A stretch of DNA of 64,000 nt from Candidatus Bathyarchaeota archaeon (GCA_052246995.1 JBQPWD010000002.1:1-64000); one strand, 5' to 3'. Counted from the stretch's first letter, positions 40,424 through 50,563 are shown. Made by a program: numbers and translations. The notes: generated by a model not told the origin, from the sequence alone.

Positions 40424-41094
40424 GAAAAGAATATTATCTTTTTCCTCTTATGAAGATTGCTCAGCTTGGAGGTATAAAAAAGTTCATCTTTACCTCAACA
40501 AAAAAACTTTCTGTTGAACTTGGTTGTTCTCAGCAAACAGCATCAAGAATTTTAAAGCAGCTTTCACATGAAGGCTTTATTGAAAGAAAAGTTAACCATC
40601 GTGGAGAATATTTAAAATTGACTGATAAGGGTTTAGAAGAGCTTAAAAATCTTTACACAACAATTCACTCCATACTTTACGTAAAAAAGCCTGAATTTTT
40701 AACGTTAAAGGGCAAAGTTTTTTCAGGGTTTGGAGAAGGAGCATACTATGTTACACGTAAAGGTTACATGGCGCAGTTTATCCGTAAACTTGGATTTAAA
40801 CCATATCCTGGTACATTAAACCTTAAACTTTTAACTCAGCAAGATATTTTAGCTAGGAAAGAACTGGAAAAGCTTGAAGGAATACCTATTGAAGGTTTTA
40901 GCAACGGGCGTAGGACGTATGGTATGTTAAAATGTTACCCATCTGTTGTGGAAGATAAGATTAAGGGAGCCATCCTGCTTATTCAAAGAACCCACTATAA
41001 CTCGTCTGTGTTGGAAGTTATAGCGCCAATATATCTAAGGGGAAAGCTTAACTTAAAGGATGGTGATATTGTAAAATTAAAGGTACTCATTTAA
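40420..41094 (+). CDS. ribK: CTP-dependent riboflavin kinase with N-terminal winged HTH (RbkR-type)
   Basis: SQQTASR HTH, SGFGEGAYY, PYPGTLN, RTHY, EVIAP. Confidence 0.93.
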   Translation: MRKEYYLFPLMKIAQLGGIKKFIFTSTKKLSVELGCSQQTASRILKQLSHEGFIERKVNHRGEYLKLTDKGLEELKNLYTTIHSILYVKKPEFLTLKGKVFSGFGEGAYYVTRKGYMAQFIRKLGFKPYPGTLNLKLLTQQDILARKELEKLEGIPIEGFSNGRRTYGMLKCYPSVVEDKIKGAILLIQRTHYNSSVLEVIAPIYLRGKLNLKDGDIVKLKVLI

Positions 41095-41119
41095 CATGGC
41101 ATAGCTGGGAAGAGAAAAC

Positions 41120-41716
41120 TTGTTTAGCAAAACTGAGATTAAACATTTAATCATAGCTTGGATAGTTTTAGGTTTTTGTTTTTCCTTAACATGGTTGTTT
41201 GGCAATCCAAAAATGTTTCCATTAATGCTTGTTATTTCACTTACAGCTGTTGGCTCTGGTTTCATTTTTCATGAATTAGCCCATAAGTTTGTGGCTTTAA
41301 AACTTGGATGCTGGGCTGAATTTAGAATGTGGGGTTGGGGTTTAATTATGGCTTTAGCTTTTGCTTTAATGTCTGGTGGCGGGATAATTTTTGCAGCTCC
41401 AGGTGCGGTTTACATCATCCCTAAATACATCTGGAGTTTGGAAGTTGATAAAAAGGGAAATGGTTTAATAGCTTTGGCAGGTCCTCTGACAAATCTTCTG
41501 TTGGCTTTTATCTTTTTGCTAGTTTATCAAGAATTTGCTGGGGTAGTTGGAATTCTAGGTTTGATTGGTTTTAGAATTAATCTTTGGCTTGCAGCTTTTA
41601 ACTTAATACCATTTATGGGTTTAGATGGCAGTAAAATTTTTTTCTGGAATCCTTTAATCTGGGCTTCAATCACAATTCCAGCGTGGATTTACACCGCTTA
41701 CAACTTTTTTACTTAA
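41120..41716 (+). CDS. Site-2 protease (M50) family membrane metalloprotease
   Basis: HELAH, AGP..N, FNLIP..GLDG, hydrophobic segments. Confidence 0.9.
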   Translation: MFSKTEIKHLIIAWIVLGFCFSLTWLFGNPKMFPLMLVISLTAVGSGFIFHELAHKFVALKLGCWAEFRMWGWGLIMALAFALMSGGGIIFAAPGAVYIIPKYIWSLEVDKKGNGLIALAGPLTNLLLAFIFLLVYQEFAGVVGILGLIGFRINLWLAAFNLIPFMGLDGSKIFFWNPLIWASITIPAWIYTAYNFFT

Positions 41717-41884
41717 ACCTCAAATATTGCTGTTACGCCAAGCTTTTTTATTTCCAACATCTCATCCATGTTGTTAGAAGTCCCACATGGTAGTACTTTT
41801 CAATACCATAATTACCAATTGACTGTACATCAATAACCTACAACATTTTTGCTTAACTTTTAAAAAAAGATTCTATTGTAAGGT

Positions 41885-42328
41885 TTAGATGTTTTCTTCA
41901 AGTTTCTTCTTAAGCTTGGAGGAACTTGAAGCTTCCCAGAAATCAAATTTTCCGATTTGAACTATCCTTATGTTTAGATTTTCTTTTTTAATAACCTTTT
42001 CAACCTCCTTTTTGACACTATCTTGGTCGTATCCAAATACTATGATATCGGGTTTATGCTCCTTGATTACTCTGCTAATGTTAAAATCTTCATAGCCAAG
42101 CACAGCTAAATCTACAGGTTTAAGTGCTTCAACAAGCATTCTTCTTTCGTTTTCAGGTAGGATTGGAGGTTTACCTTTAAACTTCACCACTGTTTGGTCT
42201 CTTGCAACAACAACGATAAGCTTTGCATTTTCACCTCCAACCTTCTTTGCCTCCTCAAGAAATTTTACATGTCCAAGATGGATTAAGTCAAAAACTCCAG
42301 ATGCGAGAACAATCTTTCCATTTTTCAT
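41885..42328 (-). CDS. ribL: Archaeal FAD synthase (cytidylyltransferase family)
   Basis: GVFDLIHLGH, VVARD, PDII.FGYDQ; upstream DUF357 and dph5 context. Confidence 0.85.
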   Translation of the reverse strand: MKNGKIVLASGVFDLIHLGHVKFLEEAKKVGGENAKLIVVVARDQTVVKFKGKPPILPENERRMLVEALKPVDLAVLGYEDFNISRVIKEHKPDIIVFGYDQDSVKKEVEKVIKKENLNIRIVQIGKFDFWEASSSSKLKKKLEENI

Positions 42329-42329
42329 C

Positions 42330-42599
42330 TTAACATTCCCACCTGAAGTTTACAATTCCAAGCATTCTTAAAGCATCAAGCAAACCTTCAGAGTATGAGA
42401 GAGAAAGTAATGCTGTGGTAAGGTCATCTTTTCCCTTGTAGTATTCAGCATCACTAACATACCTTTTAGCCAAGTCTAAGATATCCTCAACAATTTTAAC
42501 ATTGATGTTAAAGTTTTTTACCAAACTTAGCGTGGAAAAGGCTTTCTTAAGATTGCCTAAATATTTAAAGTATTTTTCATTAAGGCTTTCTTTACTCAC
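42330..42599 (-). CDS. DUF357 family protein
   Basis: A.RY.SDA.YY...GD...AL..LSY.EGLLDA.R.LG. Confidence 0.85.
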   Translation of the reverse strand: MSKESLNEKYFKYLGNLKKAFSTLSLVKNFNINVKIVEDILDLAKRYVSDAEYYKGKDDLTTALLSLSYSEGLLDALRMLGIVNFRWEC

Positions 42600-43393
42600 T
42601 TACTTAAAACCTCCCTTGGCGCATTAGCAAGAACGTGTAATGCTTCAGCTTCAATGAAGTGAAGTTTACCAGGAAATATGATTGTTTGAGGATAAGCTTT
42701 AAAATCAAAATTTAAAACTCTGCTAACAATATCTGCCTTAACCACAGGTTTTTCTGAACCTAACCCCGCCAAACCTACTACAAGTTTTTCAGAAGTCACA
42801 ATTTTTGACTTTTCCTCCTCTTCAATAGCCAGTAGGTATTCAAGTCCCTCTCTAATACTCATCCATCTACCTTTTTCAGCATCAACATCAAGCAAAACGA
42901 GAGTATGAAGACCTCTAATAAAATTTTCTTTTACAACTTCATAAGGCGTTTTAGGCTTATAATTCTCCTTTGGAAATGGAATTGTAACAGTTTTACCGAA
43001 CTTATAAATCTGTAAACCAGTGATTGAAGGTGCTGCGGAGTATATTGACGGTGCATGGATAACCTCGGTTTTTACACCTTTTTTTTCAGCTTCTAGTCTA
43101 ATCCAAACATGTGTTGTTGCAATCATAGGGTCTCCTGGAACTATTAACGCGATATCATTTTTCTCAGCTTTTTTAATTAATACTTCTTCAGCCTTCTCTT
43201 CTAGATCTCTTCTTTTCAGAACCGTAACCCTTTTCCCTATCATCTTTTCAAGATTTTTTGTTGAAAAATTTGGCATAAGATTTGTGTAAAGCTCGATGTA
43301 AACTTCCTCAGCTTTTCTTGCTTTTTCAAGACCTTTAATGGTTAGGTCATTCTCGTCATTTAAACCTAACCCAATAAAGACCAAGCTACCCAA
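42596..43393 (-). CDS. dph5: Diphthine synthase
   Basis: FIGLGL, ELYT, GDPMIATTH, GLQIYKFG, GLHTLVLLD. Confidence 0.95.
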   Translation of the reverse strand: MGSLVFIGLGLNDENDLTIKGLEKARKAEEVYIELYTNLMPNFSTKNLEKMIGKRVTVLKRRDLEEKAEEVLIKKAEKNDIALIVPGDPMIATTHVWIRLEAEKKGVKTEVIHAPSIYSAAPSITGLQIYKFGKTVTIPFPKENYKPKTPYEVVKENFIRGLHTLVLLDVDAEKGRWMSIREGLEYLLAIEEEEKSKIVTSEKLVVGLAGLGSEKPVVKADIVSRVLNFDFKAYPQTIIFPGKLHFIEAEALHVLANAPREVLSK

Positions 43394-43415
43394 AAAATTT
43401 CTTCACCAAAAATTT

Positions 43416-44330
43416 TTACTTTACAGCTTTTCTAATGTCAAGCTCAAGTATGTCAGTTGCTCCATACTTCTTAAGCATTGGAATAAGCTTTACAACTTCA
43501 TCTTTTTTAACGGCAACTTCAACAGCATATCCTGCTTCTTCAGATGCAAGCTTAGAGATTGTTGGGCTTTTCATGGATGGTAAAATTTCTAGAACGTTTT
43601 TTAATGCATTTTGGGAGACATTCATTTTAACAAGTTTAAGGTTTTCAGCGTCTTTAGCTCCGGTTAAAAGTATTACAAACCCTTCGATTTTATCTCTTTT
43701 CCATTTATCATTTAGACTTTTCTTGTTAGCTATAACTCTCGCTGTAGAGCTAAAAATCTTGAAAATTACTTCCCAACCATTCTCTTTAAGCGATGTTCCT
43801 GTTTCTGAGCATTCCACAATCATATCTGCAGTATCAATGAAAGTTTCAGTTGCTCCATAGGATCGTATAAACTTGTAGGGAAAACCCTTAAACTTTTCAT
43901 CACAAAATCTCCTGGTAATATTTTCATATTCTGATGCTACAATAATTCTCTCTCTACCTTCAAGCTTAATCTTTTCCACAAGTCTATCAAAAACATCCTC
44001 CCCAGGAGATAACCCATAACTTTGCGGTACAGCTGCAACAACATCAACTCTACCAAATTCTAGGTCTAAAAGTTCTACAACATCAGCATTATATTCAACA
44101 ATCCAATCAAAACCTGTAATTCCAACATCATACACTCCCTCCTCAACAAGGGGGCTAATGTTTTGAGCTCTATGAATCCTCATTTCAACTTCAGAATCAT
44201 TTGTTAAGATAAGATAAGACCTTTCACTAGTTATTTTAAGCTCGTATCCTGCTTGTATAAGCAGGTTGCTTGTTTTATCCCATAGATGGCCTTTAGGTAT
44301 GGCAACCTTAAGTTTTTTCAATTTCCCCAA
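43416..44330 (-). CDS. hisG: ATP phosphoribosyltransferase (long form)
   Basis: AIPKG, DVGITG.D, SYGATE, ETGTSL..N, C-terminal PTIS regulatory domain. Confidence 0.93.
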   Translation of the reverse strand: MGKLKKLKVAIPKGHLWDKTSNLLIQAGYELKITSERSYLILTNDSEVEMRIHRAQNISPLVEEGVYDVGITGFDWIVEYNADVVELLDLEFGRVDVVAAVPQSYGLSPGEDVFDRLVEKIKLEGRERIIVASEYENITRRFCDEKFKGFPYKFIRSYGATETFIDTADMIVECSETGTSLKENGWEVIFKIFSSTARVIANKKSLNDKWKRDKIEGFVILLTGAKDAENLKLVKMNVSQNALKNVLEILPSMKSPTISKLASEEAGYAVEVAVKKDEVVKLIPMLKKYGATDILELDIRKAVK

Positions 44331-44476
44331 TACCTCCAGTATGCCTTACCTAACTAACTTGATAGACTAGAAAGAAAGACTAGTCTCAAAAATTTAAGTC
44401 TTCCCAAAAAATCAACAGTAAAATAGTTTTTAACTCTTATAGGTGTAAAAATTCATTAGGAAAGACTCCTTTACAT

Positions 44477-44552
44477 GGGGTGGTGGTCCAGCTTGGTCTA
44501 CGATTCCGCGCTCGGGACGCGGAGGTCAGGGGTTCAAATCCCCTCCACCCCA
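44477..44552 (+). tRNA. tRNA-Pro(CGG)
   Basis: Acceptor GGGGTGG/CCACCCC, CCGCG-CTCGGGA-CGCGG, AGGGG-TTCAAAT-CCCCT. Confidence 0.95.
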
Positions 44553-44801
44553 TTTTACCAAACTTTGTGACCTTCAAAATCTGCGGAGAATCTTTAAAAT
44601 TACGCTGAAACCATGATTTACAAAAAGTATAGCAAAACATTTTATGCATAAAAATTAAAATTCTTGTTTAAGAATTCAAACCTTTGTAGGCTGTAGAAAA
44701 TTTAAACTGTAGTTGAAGGAAGTTTCAGCTATATAGGTGTATATAGTTTAAGTAGACAACTCATAATTAACTTTTTACTCTTAATACAAATAGAAAAAGA
44801 G

Positions 44802-45821
44802 ATGACAACTTTTGCAATTTTCGTTGCCGGTCTTGTCCTCACTTTGGTGATTGCATGGTGTCTTGGTGCTAATGACGCCGCAAATCCAACGGATTGTGCT
44901 GTTGGTAGTGGTGTAATAAGTTTAAGAACGGCTTTAGTTCTCTTCTCAATTTTTGTCTTTATAGGTGCTGTTCTTCAAGGTCACATGGTTATGAAAACAC
45001 TTTCAAGAGGTATTGTTGAACACGTAGAATTCTTAGGTGCATTCAGCGTAGTTCTCTCTATTGTTATATGGCTTGTATTATGTACTTGGAAGGGTCTTCC
45101 TGTTTCAACAACCCATGCAACTATAGGTGCGGTTATTGGTTATGGTTTTGCAGCTTATGGTTTTAATCTAAATCTAGATGTAATTGGTAAAGTTTTCTTG
45201 GGGGTTATATTCTCTCCTTTACTTTCCTTGGCGTTTGGATTTGTATTTTTTAAAGTTTTAAATGTTATTTTTAGAAAATTTTCTCCAGAAGAAAATTTTG
45301 AGAAACTTCTCAAATATTTACTGGTTGGCAGCCTTGCATCTTCAGCTTACAGTTTTGGTGCTAATGATGTTGGCAACGCTACCGGGGTATATGTCTCTAT
45401 TACCGAACAATTTGTAGGATTGCCCACAAAAGAGACAATGCTTATTCTTGCATTCCTTGGTGCAGCGGGTATTTCTCTTGGAGGTTTTACATGGGGTTAT
45501 AGGGTTATTCAAACAGTTGGCTATGGTATAACCCGTTTAACTCCTCTTATGGGGTTAGCGGCTGAACTTTCGAATGCCTTTGTTGTTTGGGGGTTTACCA
45601 CGGTGCCTTACATTCTTTTTGGCTGGGGTTTGCCTGTTTCAACAACTCATAGCAGTGTAGGTTCTATTATAGGGGTGGGTTTAGCTTTAGGTAAAAAAAC
45701 TGTTTCTTTATCAACTGTTTTAAGAATAATTTTAGCATGGATTTTAACACTACCCTGTACTATAATCTTAAGCTTCATAATGTTTAAATTTGTTTTTTCT
45801 TTATGTTTTAGTTATGGGTAA
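44802..45821 (+). CDS. pit: PiT-family inorganic phosphate transporter
   Basis: Two GAND signatures and two PVSTTH motifs. Confidence 0.93.
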   Translation: MTTFAIFVAGLVLTLVIAWCLGANDAANPTDCAVGSGVISLRTALVLFSIFVFIGAVLQGHMVMKTLSRGIVEHVEFLGAFSVVLSIVIWLVLCTWKGLPVSTTHATIGAVIGYGFAAYGFNLNLDVIGKVFLGVIFSPLLSLAFGFVFFKVLNVIFRKFSPEENFEKLLKYLLVGSLASSAYSFGANDVGNATGVYVSITEQFVGLPTKETMLILAFLGAAGISLGGFTWGYRVIQTVGYGITRLTPLMGLAAELSNAFVVWGFTTVPYILFGWGLPVSTTHSSVGSIIGVGLALGKKTVSLSTVLRIILAWILTLPCTIILSFIMFKFVFSLCFSYG

Positions 45822-45843
45822 ACTAAAAAGAGGCGTATAAAAG

Positions 45844-46536
45844 TTGGGTTCAAGAGACTTTAAATCTACAAGTTCCATGGTTTGGCTTGGAAGAAAAAAG
45901 GAGAAGAAGATTCTGGAACTTTGCAAAAATCATGTTGAAACTGTTGTTAAAACCGTTGCTGCAATGCATAAAACTTTTCAATCTTTTAGCGTTCTTGATA
46001 GAGAAGATACAAAAAAAATGTTTAATGAAACTTTTAATTATGAAAGAGAGGCTGATGAGATAAAAAGAAACATACTTTCCGAATTATCTAGAGGACTTTT
46101 TCACCCGATAAACAGGGATGAGATTGTTAGGCTTATAATGACTATGGATGATGTTGCCGCATATGCTAAAGCATCATCAAGAAAACTTGAATTTATAGAC
46201 CCATCCACGTTAACTGAAAGTTTAAGAGAAACTTTAAGGGTTTTTGCCGATAACCTTCTTAAAATCTCTGAGAAAGTTAAAGTAGCATTTGAAGCATTAA
46301 TAGACGACCCTAGAAAAGCAGTAGAGGCTTCCCATATAGTTGAATCTTTGGAGGAAAAAATAGACGATTTTAGAGTGGAATTTGTCATTCCTGAATTTTT
46401 AAGCTGGTGTAAAAATAGTAAAAATATTGGCGTAGCCCTAATTTTAAAGGAAATACTTGATGGAATGGAAAATCTTGCAGATAGATGTGAAGATGTTGCT
46501 GATGTTATTAGAAGCATTGCCTTAAGTTACATTTAA
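45844..46536 (+). CDS. DUF47 / PhoU-like phosphate transport regulator
   Basis: EREAD, REDI-like RDEI, DDVA, EEKID, D.CED; adjacent to pit. Confidence 0.88.
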   Translation: MGSRDFKSTSSMVWLGRKKEKKILELCKNHVETVVKTVAAMHKTFQSFSVLDREDTKKMFNETFNYEREADEIKRNILSELSRGLFHPINRDEIVRLIMTMDDVAAYAKASSRKLEFIDPSTLTESLRETLRVFADNLLKISEKVKVAFEALIDDPRKAVEASHIVESLEEKIDDFRVEFVIPEFLSWCKNSKNIGVALILKEILDGMENLADRCEDVADVIRSIALSYI

Positions 46537-46628
46537 CCATTTTGGGCTTTTTCCCACCAGAAAGGTTAAGTATTTTTTCATAAAGTTTCTTTGTAAAGTA
46601 GTCAACATAGGATGCGGGGTAAATTGTT

Positions 46629-46847
46629 ATGGTTAAATGCTCAAAATGCGGCTCGGAAGTTAAAAACTTAACAAAAACTTGGAGTGTAACCTTAGGGAAG
46701 GAAAGGAAAGTAAAAATTACCTTTGGATCCTTTACATGTGAGAAGTGTAGTAGAAAGTTTAGGGCGTTAATAAAAAAGGAACCTGTAGTTGATGTTTACC
46801 AGAAATCTAAACCCTCCCCACCGCCATCAATAAGAATGATAGTTTAA
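46629..46847 (+). CDS. Small basic Cren7-like zinc-ribbon protein (putative chromatin protein)
   Basis: KCSKCG...KTWSV..G....KITFGSFTCEKC.RKFR resembles the Cren7 K.W.L.PKG...VKIGLF....GKYFR core; Lys-rich. Confidence 0.65.
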   Translation: MVKCSKCGSEVKNLTKTWSVTLGKERKVKITFGSFTCEKCSRKFRALIKKEPVVDVYQKSKPSPPPSIRMIV

Positions 46848-47755
46848 CCTTGCTGCAACCTCATAAGGTTGTATGTCTGTGTGATATTTTCAACCTCTAA
46901 AACCTTAACATCGCTATAACCATTCATTTTGAGAAATTCTTCAAGCTTAATTGTGTAAGGTTCTCTAACGATTACCGTGAAGATTGGGGTACGACGTTCT
47001 CTTTCTCTCCAAACTACAACGCTATCCTGACCTTCTGGTACAAGAAAAAGCTTACACCCTTCCTTGGCTGCGGCTAACGCTTTTTCAGGGATACCTCCAA
47101 CTTGACCTATTGAACCATCAGGATTGATGGTTCCAGTTACGTACACCGATGAATTTAGCTTTTCATGTTTTATTGCTGCAATTATTGCCACTGTTATAGC
47201 TGCACCAGCGCTAGGGCCGTCGATAATGTCAACTTCTTCTTTAGCTGTAACCTTTAAAATAACATCTGTTTCGGTTAAACGTGTTAAAGTTACATTTTCA
47301 GCTACGTGAACTGCTAACCTTAAGCTTGACTGTAAATCTATTCCTATCTTAGGTTCAGTACTTACAAGCACATCTCCACTTCCATGTTTCAATACTATAC
47401 ATCCCTTTAATGTTGTTCCATCTAACTTATACCCAAAAACGCTGGCTTCAACAATTCTGACTGCTACTAGGTTTACTTCTGAAATACCTTCAATTACACT
47501 ATAACCTTCAACTCCTCCTGTTAAACTTGATGAATAGTAGAGTGTTTGATTTCTGTAGTAGTTAAGCTGGTTTTTAATAATTTCCTGTTCTTTCTTTAGA
47601 TTTTCAATTTCTTCAGTAAGATTTTTTATCTGTAGTTTATAGTAGTTTAAACTCTCAGTGTAGGTAGTGTAGGTTACCACTAAAACATATGCTAGTAAAA
47701 CATTAAGTAAAAGACTTGTGAGAAGGAAAAATTTAACCCTTAAACTTCTTCTCAT
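46844..47755 (-). CDS. Membrane-anchored Lon-like (S16) serine protease without ATPase domain
   Basis: N-terminal TM plus coiled coil; DGPSAG catalytic Ser, TGTI.PDG.IG.VGG..EK catalytic Lys. Confidence 0.88.
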   Translation of the reverse strand: MRRSLRVKFFLLTSLLLNVLLAYVLVVTYTTYTESLNYYKLQIKNLTEEIENLKKEQEIIKNQLNYYRNQTLYYSSSLTGGVEGYSVIEGISEVNLVAVRIVEASVFGYKLDGTTLKGCIVLKHGSGDVLVSTEPKIGIDLQSSLRLAVHVAENVTLTRLTETDVILKVTAKEEVDIIDGPSAGAAITVAIIAAIKHEKLNSSVYVTGTINPDGSIGQVGGIPEKALAAAKEGCKLFLVPEGQDSVVVWRERERRTPIFTVIVREPYTIKLEEFLKMNGYSDVKVLEVENITQTYNLMRLQQG

Positions 47756-47873
47756 ACATCTTCATGAGACTTAAAAGTTACCATGAAAGTTAAAAGGTTT
47801 ACTTATCTTCTTACTCTTTTATAAACATTTACAATTTAAGAATTGAATTGACGATAGAAGTAAACCTTAAAAA

Positions 47874-47933
47874 TTTGTCAGTTAAGGCTGAAATCTTCAT
47901 AAGATTCAGCTCCGTCCTTCGTTCATCATCCAG
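47874..47933 (-). ncRNA. Box C/D methylation-guide sRNA
   Basis: Reverse complement: C ATGATGA, guide ACGAAGGACGGAG, D' CTGA, C' ATGAAGA, guide TTTCAGCCTTAA, D CTGA; D guide complementary to conserved archaeal 16S AAGGCUGAAA. Confidence 0.85.
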
Positions 47934-48063
47934 AATAGGCTCTCCCGCAATGAGAGAAGGTAAATCATGGGTAGTCTTTCTAGGTCAGTTAGGTCATTGA
48001 GCCTAAAAATTGTATTTAAATGGAGAAATAAAAAGTTTTTAGGTTGATTTTTCAATCTTTAAA

Positions 48064-49362
48064 CTAATATTTATAGAATCCTTCTCCAGCTATTTTTCCA
48101 AGCTTTCCATCTTCAACCATTCTTACAAGTAGCGGTTCAGGTGTGTAGAATGCTTTTTGCCAATCAGGAACCTTAGCTCTTTTCTCCAGAAGAACATTAA
48201 CAATGTTATGTATCCCAAACTCGTCTGCAAGCTTAAATGCTCCTTTAGGCCAGCCAAATGCAAGCTCAAAAGACTTATCAGTATCCTCAATTGACCCGAC
48301 ACCATTGGCAACACACCAAGCTGCACTGTTTACAGCTGGAGCTAAAACTTGTATAGGGTTAACTTTTTCTGCAAACTCTTTTGGAAGGTCAGGTCTAGCA
48401 TACTTTCCAGGTCCTGGATACTTGTAGAATCCTTCTCCAGTTTTCATGCCACTTTTACCCTGCTCGCTACGTGGAATCCATACTTGTTCAGCTAAACGCT
48501 TAAACATGTATAGCCCTACAGGATTAGGCTCAAAATCAGGGTTTTTTGCTAAAATTTTATCTATTGAAGTGTATGCTTCTTTTACTATGTCTGCCTGTCC
48601 TGTTAAATCTGAAAGTTCAAAAGGCCCCATTGGTAGGTTTAGCTTATATCTTGCCATAGCATCTATTTCCTCTATTTTTGCCTCGCCACGAAGCCACATT
48701 AAGGTGGCCTCAGTACCCCAACCAGTATGAGCTCTTGCTGCAAGAAAGAACCAGACATCCTTTTTAGCTACAACCGTTTCCTTCCAAAATCTTTTACAAA
48801 GCTCTATTGTTACTTTTAACGTTTCATCACTTGTATGTTTTCCCTTAATAACCTCTATAAGCCTCATTAATTGTGGAGGATTCATCCAATGCATTCCAAC
48901 AACTTTATCAGGTCTTTTTGTTGCTTCGCTAATCATGGTAATGGATAAGCCGCTTGTGTTTGTAGCTAAGATTGCATGTGGTGGAGCGTTTTTATCAGCT
49001 TCAGCAAAAACTTTCATTTTTAAATCTATGTTTTCAGGTATAGCCTCTATCATGTAATCAGCATCTTTTACACCTTCAGCAAGACTTGTTGTAGGTTTAA
49101 TTCTACTTAAAACGGTATCAACACTTTCAGAAATAAACTTTTTTTCAGCAAATTTTCCTAGACTCCACTTTATTCTTTCCATACCCATCTTCAAGACGTT
49201 TTCAGAAATATCGATAAGGTTAACCTTACATCCAAAAATTGCCGCAACTTGTGCTATTCCGTGACCCATTACGCCTGCGCCAATAACTGCTACTGTGTTT
49301 ATTTTTGAAGCCAAAACTTTCACCTCTACTCTTTCTGCTAACTTTAATATTGAATTAAACAT
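48064..49362 (-). CDS. 3-hydroxyacyl-CoA dehydrogenase with duplicated C-terminal domain
   Basis: GAGVMGHG, IEAIPE, TNTSGL, GMHWMNPP, PMGPF; second C-domain GWPKG...GKLGK..GEGFY. Confidence 0.9.
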   Translation of the reverse strand: MFNSILKLAERVEVKVLASKINTVAVIGAGVMGHGIAQVAAIFGCKVNLIDISENVLKMGMERIKWSLGKFAEKKFISESVDTVLSRIKPTTSLAEGVKDADYMIEAIPENIDLKMKVFAEADKNAPPHAILATNTSGLSITMISEATKRPDKVVGMHWMNPPQLMRLIEVIKGKHTSDETLKVTIELCKRFWKETVVAKKDVWFFLAARAHTGWGTEATLMWLRGEAKIEEIDAMARYKLNLPMGPFELSDLTGQADIVKEAYTSIDKILAKNPDFEPNPVGLYMFKRLAEQVWIPRSEQGKSGMKTGEGFYKYPGPGKYARPDLPKEFAEKVNPIQVLAPAVNSAAWCVANGVGSIEDTDKSFELAFGWPKGAFKLADEFGIHNIVNVLLEKRAKVPDWQKAFYTPEPLLVRMVEDGKLGKIAGEGFYKY

Positions 49363-49515
49363 GCTTAAATTGTTTTTTATTTGATGTTGAAAAGTCCTTT
49401 AGGCTTTAAAGCACGTTCTACTTTTACCTTAAAGGAAGTTGTAAAAAACTGGTTTAAGGAGTATTTACCAAATAGATACATTTTCTAAAGATTGGTTTAG
49501 GCTTAATTTAACATA

Positions 49516-50448
49516 CTAAACATCTAGGCCAAGTTGCTCCTTAAGGCTTCTATATCTATTTCTTACAGTAACCTCAGTAACACCTGCAGCTTCAGCTATA
49601 TCCTTCTGAGTTTTTTTCTCTCCAGTGAGTACACACGCAATATAAAGTGCAGCTGCAGCAAGTCCAACTGGATCTTTACCTATAACAGCTCCCTTTTTCC
49701 CAGCTTCGTCAAGAATTTGAATTGCTTTTAGTTGAGTTTCTTCTGGGACTTCAGATTTTGCCGCTATTTTTGAAATATACAGCTTAGGATCTGGGATAGG
49801 CATCTTTAAATCAAGCTCATTTAACAGTAGACGGTAGCTTCTTGCAATATCTTTTTTCTTAACTCTACTAACTGATGCTATTTCTTTAAGGCTACGTGGT
49901 CTATTATAAACTCTACATGCAGCGTATATTGAGGCTGCAACTATGGCTGATATTGAACGTCCACGTACAAGACCTTTATCCAAAGCCTTCCTATAAATTT
50001 CAGCAGCCTCTTCTTGAAGGTCTTCAGGTATATGAAGTTTGTCAGTTATTCTGTCAAGCTCAGCTAAAGCTTGAAGGAGGTTTCTTTCGATTGGAGACTG
50101 ATACTGAGTTCTTGTCTGCCATTTTCTTAAACGTAGCATTTGGATCCTTGTTTGCAAATCTATTTTTCTTCCAAATGCATCCTTACCAACCTTATCTATA
50201 ACCGTTGGTAAACCTTTATCCGCATGGAGAATAGATACTGGACCTCCAACCCGGCTTTTACCAGCCTTTTCTTCAAGTGTAAAAGCCCGCCACTCAGGAC
50301 CCATATCGTAGCTTTCTTCGCCAATAACAAGTCCACAATTACTACAAACAATCTCTCCAGTTTCACTTTTTATGAAAAGTTTGCTATCACATTCAGGACA
50401 CTTTTGAGGTTTTTTTTCCTGTTCTAACTCTCCTTTGTTACTGTTCAA
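49516..50448 (-). CDS. tfb: Transcription initiation factor IIB
   Basis: CPEC...CSNCG Zn ribbon, GPEWRAF B-reader, two cyclin repeats (GRS, GKDP), VTEVTVRNRY. Confidence 0.96.
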   Translation of the reverse strand: MNSNKGELEQEKKPQKCPECDSKLFIKSETGEIVCSNCGLVIGEESYDMGPEWRAFTLEEKAGKSRVGGPVSILHADKGLPTVIDKVGKDAFGRKIDLQTRIQMLRLRKWQTRTQYQSPIERNLLQALAELDRITDKLHIPEDLQEEAAEIYRKALDKGLVRGRSISAIVAASIYAACRVYNRPRSLKEIASVSRVKKKDIARSYRLLLNELDLKMPIPDPKLYISKIAAKSEVPEETQLKAIQILDEAGKKGAVIGKDPVGLAAAALYIACVLTGEKKTQKDIAEAAGVTEVTVRNRYRSLKEQLGLDV

Positions 50449-50563
50449 TTAAGTAAACCTCCAGTAAGCTTAAATTTTAAGTTAAAAACTTTAGGGTTAA
50501 GTTTTCTCCACCCTACTTCTCATCCTCAGTTTCCGTCAAAAAATGCAGAATATGATTAGTTTC

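Noticed and set aside
41717-41884. Protein-like fragments between the S2P gene and ribL
   Set aside because: Too short and interrupted to assign to a family
44437-44649. 70-aa ORF on - strand
   Set aside because: Antisense to tRNA-Pro; the GWRGFEPLTS text is typical of a reverse-translated tRNA
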